64,000 nt of DNA from Chiloscyllium plagiosum (Eukaryota): the NCBI RefSeq assembly GCF_004010195.1, contig NC_057712.1:14951684-15015683 (forward strand). The letters run 5' to 3'. This document shows, piece after piece, positions 35,130 to 48,648 of the stretch (positions are counted from its first letter, which is position 1; every line of letters begins with the position of its first letter). The translations under genes and the position numbers were made by a program. The notes below the pieces were generated by a model. It did not search any database, was not told the origin of the DNA, and saw only the letters and a list, made by a program, of their open reading frames with translations.

Positions 35130-36070
35130 AAAAAATATATGAATGAGGCACAGAAGTCGGTAACTCAGCTTCAAAACAGTCTCAAAACTGTTCTGCTATT
35201 CAATAAGAGCACAGCTGATCTGTTTGTACTTAAAAGTTCACATTCTCAACTTCACCCCCAATACCTTTTGCTTCTTCTGCCTAAGAAAATTGTGTAACTC
35301 TCTGAGAGAAAGACATTTTTTTCTTGCCTTTGGCCAAAAGGTTGAACCCTAATTTTTAAACAGCGCCTCATACTCGTGAACTCACCCACCGGAGGCAGCA
35401 TCCTTTCCACAACCATCTTCTCAAGACCATTCAGGATCATATATGTTTCCGTTCAATCACCACACACTCTTCCAGACTCCAGTGAAAGCGAAATCTATCC
35501 TCCAACTTTTCTCAAAAGTCAACACACTCGTTCCTGGTAACAATGGAGCAAACCTCTTCTGAATCACTCTAAATACCTTTACATCCTTTAAAAAATAAGG
35601 TGACTGAAACTATACACAGTTTTTTTTAAGAAGTGTTCTCACCTGTACAAGTGGAGTATAACACTATTAATTTTAGTCCATTTCTCTCATGGTAAAGGAT
35701 ATAATTCCATTAGTCTTCATAATTATTTGCTCTACTTGTGTTCCATCACTATGTGGATCCTGGATTCACACACCTAGATCTCTCTACATCTAAGAATTTT
35801 GCAATCATTCTCCATTTAAATCATTTTCTCCTTTTTTGTGTGTCTACTGTCAAAATGAACAATTTTGTAGTTTCCTCCACATTAGGAATTAGATCACCCA
35901 GGCTCAACCCTGTTCCACTATTCAATAAGACCAGAGGTGCTCTGTTTTTGTTTCAAAGTTCATATTCTCAACTTCACCCCAAATACCTTTTGATTCTGTT
36001 GCCAAACAAAATTGTGCAACCCTCTGAGAGAAAGACATTTTTTCTCACCTCTAGCCTAAAGGTTGGCCCA
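35130..36070 (-). mobile_element. Old CR1 3' region with locally duplicated 3' piece
   Basis: Minus MILNGLEKMVVERMLPPVGE..RRCLKIR; segment 35180-35348 is repeated at 35903-36069. Confidence 0.7.
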
Positions 36071-38957
36071 GTCAGATATTTGCGCACTCACTATTGTGAT
36101 CTGTCACTGGGAAACAACTCCACAACTGCTTGTGGTTTCGGATTGGATAACCAAATTGTTAAGCTCCTGGGTGATGGGGAACAAATTGTCCTCCCTTCTG
36201 TACTCACCCAATAAGAAGTACGTCCAAAAACGAATAGGTTAAAAAATCTATGTGAGTCAGTCTCTGAGTCATTCATGAAGCACAGGTAACCAGACACTGG
36301 AGCTTTTACATTGAAAGTAACGGTAATATTGACACTGATTGTTGAACAGTTGATTTTGAGATCATTGGCTTTGAAAGTAAATTGAAATTCCTTTGTCCTG
36401 GCTCATGTTGACAGTGACTGGCTGACAGCATGAAGCGTGAGAGGGAACTATTTCCTTTTCTTTATCTACAGTGCAAAGCTGCTTTAATGGCTGTTATCAA
36501 AGCTGTGGCCTTCACAGTACACTAACCCACATCCAACGATGTCTGACCATCAACACATACCATTGATGCTTGCTTATGACCTTGTTTTGCATACATCCCT
36601 GGAAGGGTAAAGAACAAACATGTTGCAGGAGATGACATTCTGCTGATAGAGAGTTTTACACAGTCTGCTTCTTATTATCAATTCCTTCTCAATCTTTCAT
36701 TTTGAAGTTGCCCTGGATCTGTACATGGCATTCCATGTTCCCTTACAGGGTTCTGTTCAACAGTCATTAAATTTACTTTGCCAATCATTTTTTGACTGTA
36801 GCACTCCTCTTTTAAAGAACATACATTTAAAGTAAATGTTTGATACACCCCAAAAGTCAATCAGCAATGTGATGTGTGATCATAACATTTACTCAGCCTA
36901 TCTGTATCCTATCTAAGCTCATGTAGAACCCTTACTGTACAAGGAGGAAGCCAATAAAAAGGGTCTTTGTTGAATCATTTAAAAGATAAATAGTCAACAA
37001 TCATTCTAACAAACATGGTGGTAGCAGGTGGAAGCTAAAGGTAGTGAAAGCGAACCCAAAAGCACCAAGCACTTAGAAAAGGTGATAAAGGGAGTTAACT
37101 GCTAACGTTCTTTAACAGCAGATTTACATAGAAGAATTACAACATTTCACCACCTCAGGGCACAGTCAATGTGTACACGAGAGTGGTATCAGAGTCCGAG
37201 AACTGGAAAAACAACATCAGCAGAGCGGCAGAGCTTTGAGCAAGCTTAGTTTAGTTCTCCAAAGGAGCAATCGCTACCACTTACAGAGTACCAAGGCGGA
37301 AGGCCTACTACAGGCACTGACAGCTGGAGGAAAGTGTTCAGTCAGGTATAAAACACCTCAGAGCTAAATAACAAGGACCAGAAAGAGTAGATTACTACTT
37401 TGCAATCTGTTCTGGCCTCATGATCTGTCATAACGACAGTGTTGGGCTATTTACCTTTAACAGGTTATTTGAACTTGTTGAGGCAAGACTGTACTAAAGT
37501 CAGCTCACATACCATAAGATCTAGGCATGGGTAACGTTGCCCCGAAAGATTCAATAGACTTTTGTGACAGCTCCTGGTATCAATATATCTGATAATAACC
37601 AGCACTGTTGTGTCTGTACCAGTACTGAACAACTTTGGTTATAAACTGTAACATCCTAAGGCACATCATGCTGCAAGTGGCCACTTTAAATGGAACCAGA
37701 GGCCTTTACAGCATCAGGTCACATACCATAATACAGTGATGATATTATGTCTGTTCAAGGTATGCATTGTACCAGTTTTGAGACACAACACAACATTCAT
37801 TGTGAGTAATGAGAATCATTACAGATGATGTGTTGTCCAGAGATCTGATGGATTAAACTTCAACTTCTGATGAAAAAGTCCTGCAAGCCTTCCTTACATA
37901 TTTTAGTATTTGTGATAATCTGAATCATTGAGTGGGCTAACTTTATCAGAGGCAGAAGGCAGGGAGTCCATTGATTCCTTAATCAATGACCTTTACAAAT
38001 CAGCAAGAAAATGTGTATATGGTTACCTAAAGAATGAACCAGCAATGTGTTGCTTAGTTGTCATGGTGATAGAGGAAGCCTTGTCTAGTTAATTGCCTTC
38101 AAAGGAGGGACTCCCTCTCATGAAGGCAGGCAAACTGAGATCCAGAAGCAAAATGGCATGATTGTTTGCAGGGAGGCTGAGACTCCAGCTGAGGCTGAGA
38201 AAGAAACCAAGTGAGTCTGTGCAATTCATTGACCCAAAAGCAAGAAGCACACTGAAGTAGAAAGCTGTCAGAAGGATAAAACTATCAGTTTGAAAAGCTT
38301 CAGCTGTGGAGAGGTGCAGCCACCAAAACATGATCATTGCCTAGCAACGCGGAGCTGAAATCCACAATGGACAATCATAAACATCGTCACTCTCATAGCT
38401 GTTGTCATTCTAAAACTATCCTCATTGGAAGCAGGGGACAACAAAGTTTGAAACACAACAAGGTCCAACAAATAAGAGAAGCACATCCTCAGAAGCTAGA
38501 TTTCTGAGGAGAAATCAATAACCTTGTCACGAAATACTGGTCAGTAAATCTAAATGTAGAAGGACATGCAACTGAGTTTGAGCTAGATATCGAAGCAGTG
38601 CTGTTGTTAGCATACTAACTGAGCAGATTAAGTTAAAACCTCCTTTAATCAAACTGCAAATTCCAGGAGGAAAATATTTTAAAGTAAAGGGTCAGATCAT
38701 TGCAAGAGTAAATTATAAAGAGGGCGAAGTATGTTATACATTACACAGCCTTCACTTCCGAGTAGGAAACCATGCTTGAGATTAAAGTTGCTCTACAGGG
38801 TTCACTCAGTTGCTGAAGAGAAAGCAATGCACAATTTAAAGAGTAATTTTCTAAGATTTTATTATCAGATTTAGGTAATTTTTTTGTAAAAATGAGCGTC
38901 ATATTACATTACAAACTCAATTTGGAGGGCAGAATTGGATAAAGTGAGGGCAGAATT

Positions 38958-39515
38958 TTATTTTTCTTCATTCATAGGGTTGGGGTATTGCTGGTCAGGC
39001 CAGTACTTATTGCCAACCTCTAGTTGCCTTTGAGAAGGTGATGCTGAATTCGTTTCTTGAACCATCACAGTCCATTTAGTGTAGGCACATCCACAATGCC
39101 ATGAGGGAGTCCCCAGGATTTTGACCCAGGGCCACTGAAGGAATGGTGATATCACAGAATCATTGAATCCCGACAGTGTGGAAAACAGACCCTTCAGCCC
39201 AACAAGTCCACATTGACCCTCTGACGAGTAACTCACCTAGACCCATTCCCCTACCCTACTACTCTACATTTTACCCCTGACTAATACACCTAATCTACAA
39301 ATCCCTGAACACTATGGGCAATTTAGCATGGCCAATTTACCTAATCTGCACATCTTTAGATTGTGGGAGGAAACCGCAGCACTCGGAGGAAACACATGCA
39401 GACACGGAAGAATGTGCAAACCCCACACAGGCAGTCGCCGAGGCTGGAATTGATTTATTTCCAAGTCAGGAAGGGGAACTTGGAGGGAAACTTCCAGGTG
39501 CTGGTGTTCACACAT
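38958..39515 (-). mobile_element. LINE 3' fragment (family of 57020-58085) with nested 5'-truncated HE1 SINE (about 39152-39453)
   Basis: Tail ttcattcat..ctggtcaggccagtacttattgcc on minus; gaaggaatggtgatat and atttccaagtcagg rejoin across the HE1. Confidence 0.8.
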
Positions 39516-39945
39516 TGTAAAACTGCCTCAGAGACTAACCCACTTGACATTTTGGGAGTAGACAGGGTGAGAAATGTTAACTAATGGAAACAAAAACTTG
39601 GAGCAGATTCGGAATAATGGGTTAGCCACATGGGTCTAAGAGATCATGAGGTAATGATGATGAAAAATCACAGTAGCAGGAGAGAGAGAGAGAAAAAAAA
39701 AGCCTGGAGGAGATATTCTGAATTCATGTAGAACTCTGTGTAAGTCTGTAATTGAAATGGAAGGCCCTTGATGAATAAAGATAGAAGCAGAGAACTTTGA
39801 TAAATAATCAGGCCTAATGAGAAGTGGAGATACTCTCCTCTGGTTCCCCCTTCCAACACCAAGGAGTATGAATCTCTGACTAATCTATGGTCTATACTGC
39901 AAGCCAAAAGAAAACTCAAATAAAGTGCTACAACGTATTATTAAC

Positions 39946-40173
39946 GTTTGTGTGAAGATTTGTAGCTCGGGTGCTCGTTGTTGTGGTTCTGTTCGCCGAG
40001 CTGGAAGTTTTTGTTGCAAACGTCCCCTGACTAGGCGACATCATCAGTGCTTGGGAGCCTCCTGCGAAGCGCTTCTTTGATGTTTCCTCCGGTGTTTATA
40101 GTGGTCTGTCCCTGCCGCTTCCGGTTGTCAGTTTCAGCTGTCCGCTGTAGTGGTTGGTATATTGGTATTATTG
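39946..40173 (-). mobile_element. Penelope-like element 3' end with damaged hammerhead
   Basis: Perfect 11-bp TSD gtattattaac (39935-39945 / 40174-40184); minus PIYQPLQRTAETDNRKRQ; gca-CTGATGA-tgtcgcc-tagtca-ggggac-[GAAA missing]-gtt-tgc. Confidence 0.75.
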
Positions 40174-41271
40174 GTATTATTAACCTACAGTACTGCTCCA
40201 AGCTGTTGATACCCACAAATACACTCATCTATTTTTTGTGATGGTCTCAGCCTCTTCCAGGTCTGACTTTTAAGTCAGCCACACAGCCCTTAATATGGTT
40301 TTGTATACTCCTGGCAGAGCTTCACCCCACTCACACACTTCATTTCAACACCTCCCCTCACCCATGCCCAACCCCTGCCCCACCTTATCCAATTTTGCAT
40401 TTATATTTGGATTCATGTTAAGTGCTATTATATTTTCTGAAACATTTAGTTCAGTCATGGTTTGAACTCCTTACTGTTATTAGGGCTATTAGGTGTTTGG
40501 ACTGCAAGTGCACAACCATGACCAATCAAATGTTAGGGAAGGAGGCTTAAGATTAAAATTTCATGCTCAACAACGATCTTATGATCTGATTGAAAGTAGT
40601 AAGCTGTCTAAATCTTTACAAATCATTGCCACATCTGAGCTATTTAATCCTAATTTTAACAAACAGATTTTTGACAGATTTTTTTTTATTAAAGTTTTAA
40701 TATTAATAAAGATTACAGAAACTCAGAAAACTCTAAAAATAGCATTTGAAAGTCCTGCTTATGTCACTGATGACCACCTTAATTAGAAATAGACCTGTAA
40801 AATTGCAGTAAAGTTTTTGTATTCTGTATAATAGTTTTGAGAATTCTATAATTACTTTAAGAATATGATACATGAGCCAGTAAAAGGGCAGTCCTGGAGT
40901 TAATTAAGAAAGAAAGCAATTATGCACAGCTGTCACTTATTGATAACAGTTTGCTTTTCTGCGATGTGGAATTATATAATACCGTGAAGACATACAATTT
41001 AAATCAGCACAGTGTATATGGATACATTTTTATTGGAAGCATTGATGTTTAACTGATGCGATATGCCTTAGAGTTAATGAGCCTATTCTCAATTATTCAA
41101 AATCATATTTTTAATAATACCTACACTCACAGCAATTTGATTTCTGCAATAATTTGTTCCATCAACCCGTTATCTTTTCGAAAATCAACTCATTATTTTC
41201 CTTGAAGTGAACAAAAAGGCAAACCAAGAAACAGAAATCGTTGCTATGTTATCCTCAGAGTCACAAAATCT

Positions 41272-41610
41272 GGGGTGATGGTAGTTCAGTAGTTAGCACT
41301 GCTGCTTCACAGTGCTAGGGACTTGGGTTTGATTCCAGCCACAGGCAACTGTCTTTACAGTTTGGACATTCCCCCCGTGTCTGCGTGGCTTTCCTTCAGG
41401 TGCTCAGGTTTCCTCCCACAGTCCAAAGATGTGCAGGTCAGGTGGATTGGCTGTGCTAAACTGCCCATAGGGATGTGTAGGTTAGAAGGATTAGCCATGG
41501 CAAATGCAGGGTTATAGGGTAGAGGAGTAGATCTGGGCGGGATGTCACTCAAGCTTGCACTTGATGGTCCAAATGGCCTGCTTCCACACTGTAGAGGCTC
41601 CATGAATCTT
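41272..41610 (+). mobile_element. HE1-type V-SINE
   Basis: gttagcactgctgcttcacagtgctaggg...tgtctgcgtggctttccttcaggtgctcaggtttcctcccacagtccaaagatgtgcagg. Confidence 0.9.
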
Positions 41611-41659
41611 TGAATTATATCTTACATTTATTTATTCAAGTATACTTTCAACAAAACCT

Positions 41660-42360
41660 TTCTTTTTGGGATTATGGCCAATGCAGTCAATGTTTATTGT
41701 CCATCTCCAGTATTCCTTGAAAGGATGGTGACGGGTTGTCTTCTTGAACCGCGGCAGGCCATTGTGAGGAAGACATTTTCAGAGTGCTGTTAGATAGGGA
41801 GCTGCAAAACTTTGACTAAGTGATAGAGAATGAATACTAGAACATGTCCAGGTCAGGATGCCATGTAATTTTAGGCTTCACCAGCTGGCCAGGATTCATT
41901 GCTCTGGAGAAGGTGGTGAGCTGCCTTCTTGAAGTTCACAGTCTATTTGGTGTAGGTACACTAGCACTCCTATTAGGGAGGGAGTTCCAAGACTTTGACC
42001 AAACAGCAGCAAAGGAACGGCGATATATTTCCAAGTCAGAATGGTGAGCGTCTTAAATGGGGAACTTCAGATGGTGTGTTCCCATGTATGTAATGTCTTT
42101 GTCCTTCCAGATAATAGTGGTCATGATTTGGAAACTGCTTTCTAGGGACCTTGGTGAATTTCTGCATGGCATCATGTAGGTGATACATACTGCTGCTTTT
42201 GTATCTCAGTAGTGAAGGGAGTGGATGGTTGTGGATGTGGTGCAATCAAGTGAACCGCTTTGTTCTTGATGGAGTCAAATTTGTTGAATGTTGTTGGAGC
42301 TGCACTTATCCAGGTAATTTGGGAGTATTCCATCACAGTCCTGGCTCACCACTGTAGATA
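41660..42360 (-). mobile_element. LINE 3' fragments (family of 57020-58085)
   Basis: ctggagaaggtggtgagctgccttcttgaa...ttgaatgttgttggagctgcacttatccagg, the reverse of the 57700-58000 region. Confidence 0.75.
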
Positions 42361-42498
42361 GTGAAATATGAATACATCGTTAATATCTGGAATAAAAAGC
42401 TAGCTTAATGATGGCCATTGTTAATGGTGTAAAAGTCCATCTGACTCACTAATGTCCTTTAGTGAGGGGACAGAGCGTGTTGACAGATGAGATGGTTG

Positions 42499-42777
42499 CT
42501 GAAAATGTGTTGCTGGAAAAGCGCAGCAGGTCAGGCAGCATCCAGGGAGCAGGAGAATCAACATTTTGGGCATAAGCCCTTCTTCAAGGACCGCAATTTC
42601 CCCCCGACGTGGTCGACGATGCCCTCCACCACATCTCTTCCACTTCCCGCTCCTCCGCCCTTGAGCCCCGCCCCTCCAACCGCCACCAGGACAGAACCCC
42701 ACTGGTCCTCACCTACCACCCCACCAATCTCCATGTACAGCGCATCATCCGCCGTCATTTTCTTTATTAAACTCTGC
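42499..42777. mobile_element. Penelope fragment: inverted terminal repeat with decayed hammerhead plus ORF remnant
   Basis: Perfect 16-bp TSD acagatgagatggttg (42483-42498 / 42778-42793); plus strand (one frameshift) FKDRNFP/DVVDDALHHISSTSRSSALEPRPSNRHQDRTPLVLTYHPTNLHVQRIIRRHF; minus tTGAAGA-agggc-ttat-gccc-aaaatgtt. Confidence 0.8.
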
Positions 42778-44149
42778 ACAGATGAGATGGTTGGAAAACT
42801 AAAAATTGATTGAATGAAAGAATAAATAATTAAACTACAAAGGGAATGTTTGCAAAATAGGGAGCGCTTTATGATTTTAGCAACACCCTGTTTTCACTTA
42901 GGACAGCAGAGACTATGGTTAATGGATCTGCTGTTGACACTTGCAACTCCTGTAGTTCATCTTCTTTTTCTCTTTTCTTGCATCATTGTTATTTCTTCCT
43001 TTCTTGCACAGTAATCCTTTTTGTTAGTGTTAACACCTCTCCTAGGAGTTTCCTAAAGGTTGAGATTATAATGATAGTGAGAGTTGCATTGATCTTGTTT
43101 GAAAATGTTGTAGTCGTGGTTGATTTGCTCAACAATGATATTACAACTCAACAGCTCTCAATGGTACACAGCATTTCATACTTACCAGTTTTGAGCACCT
43201 AGTCATGATGTTAATACATTGTATTTAGCATTATGATCGTGTTGAACAACACAATATTTGACATGAATTAGGGACTTGGTCTCCCATAAGGATTGTATGG
43301 GTAGTCAATCTGACTAATACCGTCATGGACAGATGCATTTGTGACTTTCAATTGATGAGTTGATAAGGAAGATGTTTTTGCATTACTTAGTGGAGATTCA
43401 GTCTAAAAGCTGTGTCTTACAGTATAGAAGGAGGTTATTTACCCCATTATTTCACCCAGTTCTCCAACTGAACATGATGACTTAGTGACATTCTCCAGCC
43501 TTTTCCCCTTATCCTTGCACTTGGTTATTTTAATACAAATGATCCATTGCTACCTTGAATGCCTCAATTCAATTTGGCCTGGTCTAGTATTATGGTACCC
43601 AAAGCCTGACTTGGTGAGAGATAATGGTGTCCCCCATCAATTTATTTGCAACAGAGGAGATGCTAGAAGGACATCTGCCTGCAGTCCATTTAAGGCTTGT
43701 GAATGGACAATTAATAACCTGCCTACCCCCCCTGAGATAAGTGGCAGTGGGAGAGGCCTGCATCCAATATGAAGTCCCACAGGTTTAACCCTGCTGATTG
43801 CTAGTTAATGAACTTGTTGCGGAGTGCAGGGAATACTTCCTTCCCTCATCCCTGAGACCATCGGCTTTGCTTGCCAATGTCAATTCTCTTTCCATGTCCT
43901 GTCCAACATATTTTTCCCCTCCAGCCCCCTTCCTGGGGCCTAACAATCAAACTGTAGAGAGATCCCAGACTTGCCTGGTTTTCAGGACACCCTTCCTTCT
44001 CTCTGATCACCTGCAAACCTGACAGTGACCATTGGTCTGAACTCAGACTGACTGGGGAGATCTATGAGGCAGGTAAAGTGGCAGGTAAGAGTGGGTAAAT
44101 GTATCCTAACTAACCTTGACCAGTTTGCAGTCACCTCGTTTCAACTGAA

Positions 44150-44940
44150 GAGTGTTATACTGTGAGATAGACAAAAGGCGACAAGAGTCAGAGAAGGCCC
44201 AACACAACTGTTATTGAACACTTTAACATGGAAAAACAATATTTATCAGACTCTACTATTGTACTTTAATTAAACTCTATCAAACTCTATCATTCTCTTC
44301 AGTAAATACACCAGCTATCTACTTCTGACATGCACTTTCAAAGATCTAGGACACTCTGTCCACAGGTGTTTACCAGTGTATTCAAACCAGTGTATTGCCC
44401 GAAAGATTAGTAATACCCATTCAATAAGACTAAGACCTGCTGATCCTCAGTCTTTGAGGGTTAGCTTATGTTTCAGGATCTGCAGTCGTCGATTTGGGCT
44501 TCTCCTCTTTTCCAGTGGTGGTTCTGGACTTTGGGTTGGGCCAGTCTGATGACGCTCACCACAAGATATTGTGTAGCTCGGTTGCCAATTGGGGTTGCTC
44601 TCTAGGGACATCATTGAAGGAAGTGAAAATGGAAGAGAGAGCTGGAGCTCCAGATTGACCCTTCTTGAAGATTTGGTGGTCTGTGTCTGATATTAGCATC
44701 AGGCAGGGGCAGGAAGATCTGGTAAGGTGACTCCTATTCGGAGGTTGCAGAACCTGGTTTTGAACCTTCAACTTTCAAGTGCTGTCCCTGTCACGTGTCC
44801 GGCCTCCTGCTGAGCTGGGTCTCACTGAGTCTGCGTAGCATTCCTCTAACAAAGTAGGTTCACTGGAGGAGGTGTCAGCAATGGTTCATTCTGAAACAAT
44901 GTGACCATGAGCACCTAGGTAGGCAGTTTCTGGCCTGTCT
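44150..44940 (-). mobile_element. Possible degraded Gypsy LTR-retrotransposon 3' end (integrase tail and LTR)
   Basis: Weak minus motifs KVQNQVLQPPNRSHL (consensus RRNR.HL) and RRSPNRR (consensus RRS.R). Confidence 0.3.
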
Positions 44941-45574
44941 GGTTAATGGGAAGTTAATTGTCTGATGCCTGTTTTGGGTCCAGTGATCCTTCCTCAGATC
45001 TGCTGGTATCCAGGAAAAAGGTGTTTTTTTTTTGAGGAGGGACTAAAGAGTAAATGCAAAAACCTGGAGTGACAGGGAAATTAATGACAAGAACAAAGAT
45101 TGAAATGGAAATCCTGTCAGAGAGGGGACCCAAACTTCTTCAATGTGGACAGGCCTGGAAGAGATATAATAGTGCACTAAATAAAAACTGAAATACCAAG
45201 TTAGGATTTTGTACTCATCGAGAATGTTAATTTGTTTTACTTTCCTTGATGAAACATTCTGAAATGAGCATTTACGTGAATAAAAAGTTCATCAGGTTTG
45301 CTTCGGTTTTCTGAAACTGATAAATACAAGCTGATAAATGTAGATACAGTTTCTTGTTCATCTGGCTTGTTAGCCTGTTTATTTTAAATGGCTAATTTTA
45401 CAACAGTGGTGGGGGGGGGAATGGAGTTTAAAATGAACACGTTGAGCATTTATGCACTGGCCCTCCTAGATACTTCTACAAAAAAAGTAATTTTGTTTGA
45501 GCAGGCTGGTCAGCAATTAAAATAGAAGCATAATTAAGTCACGTGACACCCCCAAGATATGACCATTAACTAGC

Positions 45575-45925
45575 CCGAGCTTCCAAGTCTTCCTCCACGC
45601 TAAACACAAAAGAGAAATATTCATTGAGAACGTCACCCACCTCCTGTGGTTCTACACATACATGTTCACTTTGGTCCTTGTGGGGTCCTGTTCTCTCTCT
45701 AGTTATTCATGGTTCTTTAATATACTTGAAGAATCATTTTGGATTCATCCTAATTTTCTCAGCCAAGGCTATCTCATTCCCCCTTTTCACTCTCCAGATT
45801 TCCTTCTTTAGTAAACTCCTGTATCCCCTACATACCTCTAGGGATTCCCTTGATCCCAGCTGCCTGTACCTGAGCCATAACAACTTCATTTTTCTGGTCA
45901 AAGCCTCCATATCTCTTGTCAGTTA
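45575..45925 (-). mobile_element. CR1 ORF2 internal fragment (linker between APE and RT)
   Basis: Minus strand EIWRVKRGNEIALAEKIRMNPK*FFKYIK...ERTGP..DQ. Confidence 0.7.
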
Positions 45926-46772
45926 ATAATACTTGCATGAACCAATTGCGAAATACAAATATTGAAATGATTTCTCAAAATTGCCAGAGCTAAAATTAAA
46001 ATGAAATCAAAACTACAAGCTGTCAGCCTACAGACTCAGAAGGACCAGAAAACACTTATCCTGGGTTCTGAATATAACATCATCAATCAGAATAAACTTC
46101 AATGGATCTCAAAGTGCTCCTTCTTTGAAACCAGTGTTAACGATAAATCTGAGCTGTGAAACACAATAAGCCAGATAGATACATTGCAGCTCCAGCTTCT
46201 TTGAACACTTTGCATAATCACAAATGAAAGTGTCTCAATATGGAGAAAACAAGCACAGTGATCCATATTAGTTGTTTTTATTGTCTGAATGGATTGCAAA
46301 TCCTGTCTTACAAGATCAACAACTGAACCTCTATTCCCAGGAGCTGGTGTTAATATCATCCTGAAAGTTAACTGAGACAGCCAAGATGAAAATGAAATCC
46401 AGAATTGATGATATTTACAGAAAAACAGCCATAAATTCTGAAGTGTGGATACAATTGAATGGGGGTGCTTTTACAAATTTCTGCTCCCAGATGGACCATA
46501 TCCTCTGGGAGCCGTTGCCAGGAACTTGAGACCGGTGGGATCCCTGGGATTTTTCACTCAAGGTAAGAACCTGAACCAGTGACACACAAAGCTCCTTAAC
46601 TGCCAGCTTCAGCCAGATTTTTATAAAACTGCACGCCGCCAATCTAATGCAGTGGCTGGCATACCGTGGGAAAATCATGGGCAATGCACCTAACATTCGC
46701 AGATGAACTCTCATTAAATGGAGGGATCAGATTGTGATCCAAGAAAGTCTTAACTGATTTAAAAGTAACCAC

Positions 46773-47000
46773 TGTCACAATGGGGTTAGCACTGCTGCCT
46801 CATAGATTCAGGGACCCAGATTTGATTCCAGCCTCGGGAGACTGACTGTGTGGAGTTTGCACATTCTCCCAGTGTCCGCGTGGGATTCCTCTGGGTGTTC
46901 CGGTTTCCTCCCAGCAGGTTAGGTGGATTGGCCATGCTAAATTGCCCCATAGTGTCCAAGGATGTGCAGGCTAAGTGGGTTAGCCATGGTAAACGTAGGA
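46773..47000 (+). mobile_element. HE1-type V-SINE, 3' truncated
   Basis: gttagcactgctgcctcata...tgtgtggagtttgcacattctcccagtgtccgcgtggg. Confidence 0.88.
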
Positions 47001-47127
47001 CTCTCTAATTCACTGGTATTAATAGCCTGTATTTAAAAGCATCACCAATAAGTTCCTTATGCTTACATTGCACCATTGATGTGAGAGTTATATTATATTC
47101 ATTTAAAGGATTATTAAGTATTCCATT

Positions 47128-47330
47128 AAAGCTCAGTTGACCAGTCAGCTGATTTTGTGATGGAGTGTGATGCCAATAGTATGGGTTCAATTCCCACACT
47201 GGCTGAGGTCACCTTGAAGAATTCTCCTTCTCAACTGTGACCTTGCCTGAGGCATGATGACCCTCAGGTTAAATCACCACCAGTTGTCTCTCTCTAATGA
47301 GAGAGCAGCCCTATGTCTGCTAACATTTAT
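47128..47330 (+). mobile_element. tRNA-derived SINE (family of 28885-29105)
   Basis: agctcagttg...gggttcaattccc...accctcaggttaaatcaccaccag...gagagcagccctatg. Confidence 0.7.
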
Positions 47331-48227
47331 ATTATTTAATTCAAGTCTTTAACAACTTCACATGAGATGGCTTTGCCTAGAACCAAGAGTCTGAAGAATT
47401 TAGCATTTAGATTTCTAAATCATCAATGTTCAATTCTGTACATAATTTGATTTGTACCCATAACGTTTGTGTTTGAGAAGTTGTAGTGTATAGATTTGGT
47501 ATGACTGAAAATTTTTATTTTGTTCCTGCTAGCACATTCATATTTCACAGAAAAGATCTGTAGAATAACCATACACGCACCTGACTTCTTGACTTTTTTT
47601 GGTTTACCTTCAAATAATTTATAAAGCAAGAATAAGTCAGTCAACAAAAAAAAAGGTAATTCCTTTCTCTTTCTCAATGACTTGAATTCATGATGATTCT
47701 TCTCATTTGTAGGTCATATAAAGATTTATTTTGAATTGGAAACCATTGAAGTGCCCAGGAAAAGCAAAACAAGTGAGTTACTTAGTTTCAATTTCTGGTG
47801 GGACTTGGCAGTAAATCAGTAATTTGACTTCAGTGAAATAAACACCATCAATGAAAGGTAGTGCCTCAGTCGTGACAGAAATCAATATGTGAAGTTTGTT
47901 GGAAGAGTTTTCAAAAACAAAGGTGCCAATAAGTAATTGTCTGCTGCAAAGTGGGAGAGCGGTAGTGCGAATCAATAACGTGGATGGAATCACTGCTACT
48001 AATTCAGCAGAAAACATTAAAGAGGTAAATACAAAACTGCCTTTTCTCAGAAATTACACTGTATGGACAAGACACTGTGAGAGGTGCACAGGTGAGTTCA
48101 TGATATGTGCTCTCAGTAGTCAGAATTATTCGGCAGATACAAAAGTTTATAAGCATGCTTCATACAACATAACTAAAACAGCAAAGGTCATTGACTACTT
48201 TAAATTTTCATTTTGTACTGTAGATAT

Positions 48228-48648
48228 AGAGAGGCATAGAGTAATAGAGATGTACAGCATGGAAACAGACCTTCATGTCCAACTCTTCCTGCTGACTTGG
48301 TACCTTAAATTAATCCAGTCCCATTTGCCAGTGCTTTGCCCAAATCCCTCTAAACACTTCCTATTCATATACACATCTAAATGCCTTTTAAATATTTGTA
48401 ATTGCACCAGCCTCCATGATTTCCTCTGGCAGCTCATTCCATAAACATACGACTCTCTGTGTGAAAATTGCCCCTTCAGTTTCTTGTAAATCTTTTCCCT
48501 CTTGCCCCAAACCTATGCCCTCTAGTTCTGGACTCTCTCACCTCAGAGAAATGAAGTTGATATTTACCCTATCCATACCACTCATAATTTTATAAACCTC
48601 TGTAAGGTCACCTCTTAGGTCCAGGGAAAACAACTGCAGGCTATTCAT
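48228..48648 (-). mobile_element. CR1/HER1 LINE 3' end
   Basis: Same sequence family as 1985-2380 and 63362-64000. Confidence 0.9.

Noticed and set aside
47778-48017. Minus ORF containing LPFIDGVYF, resembling a coronavirus spike NTD peptide
   Set aside because: A match of only about 9 residues with no extension; expected by chance.
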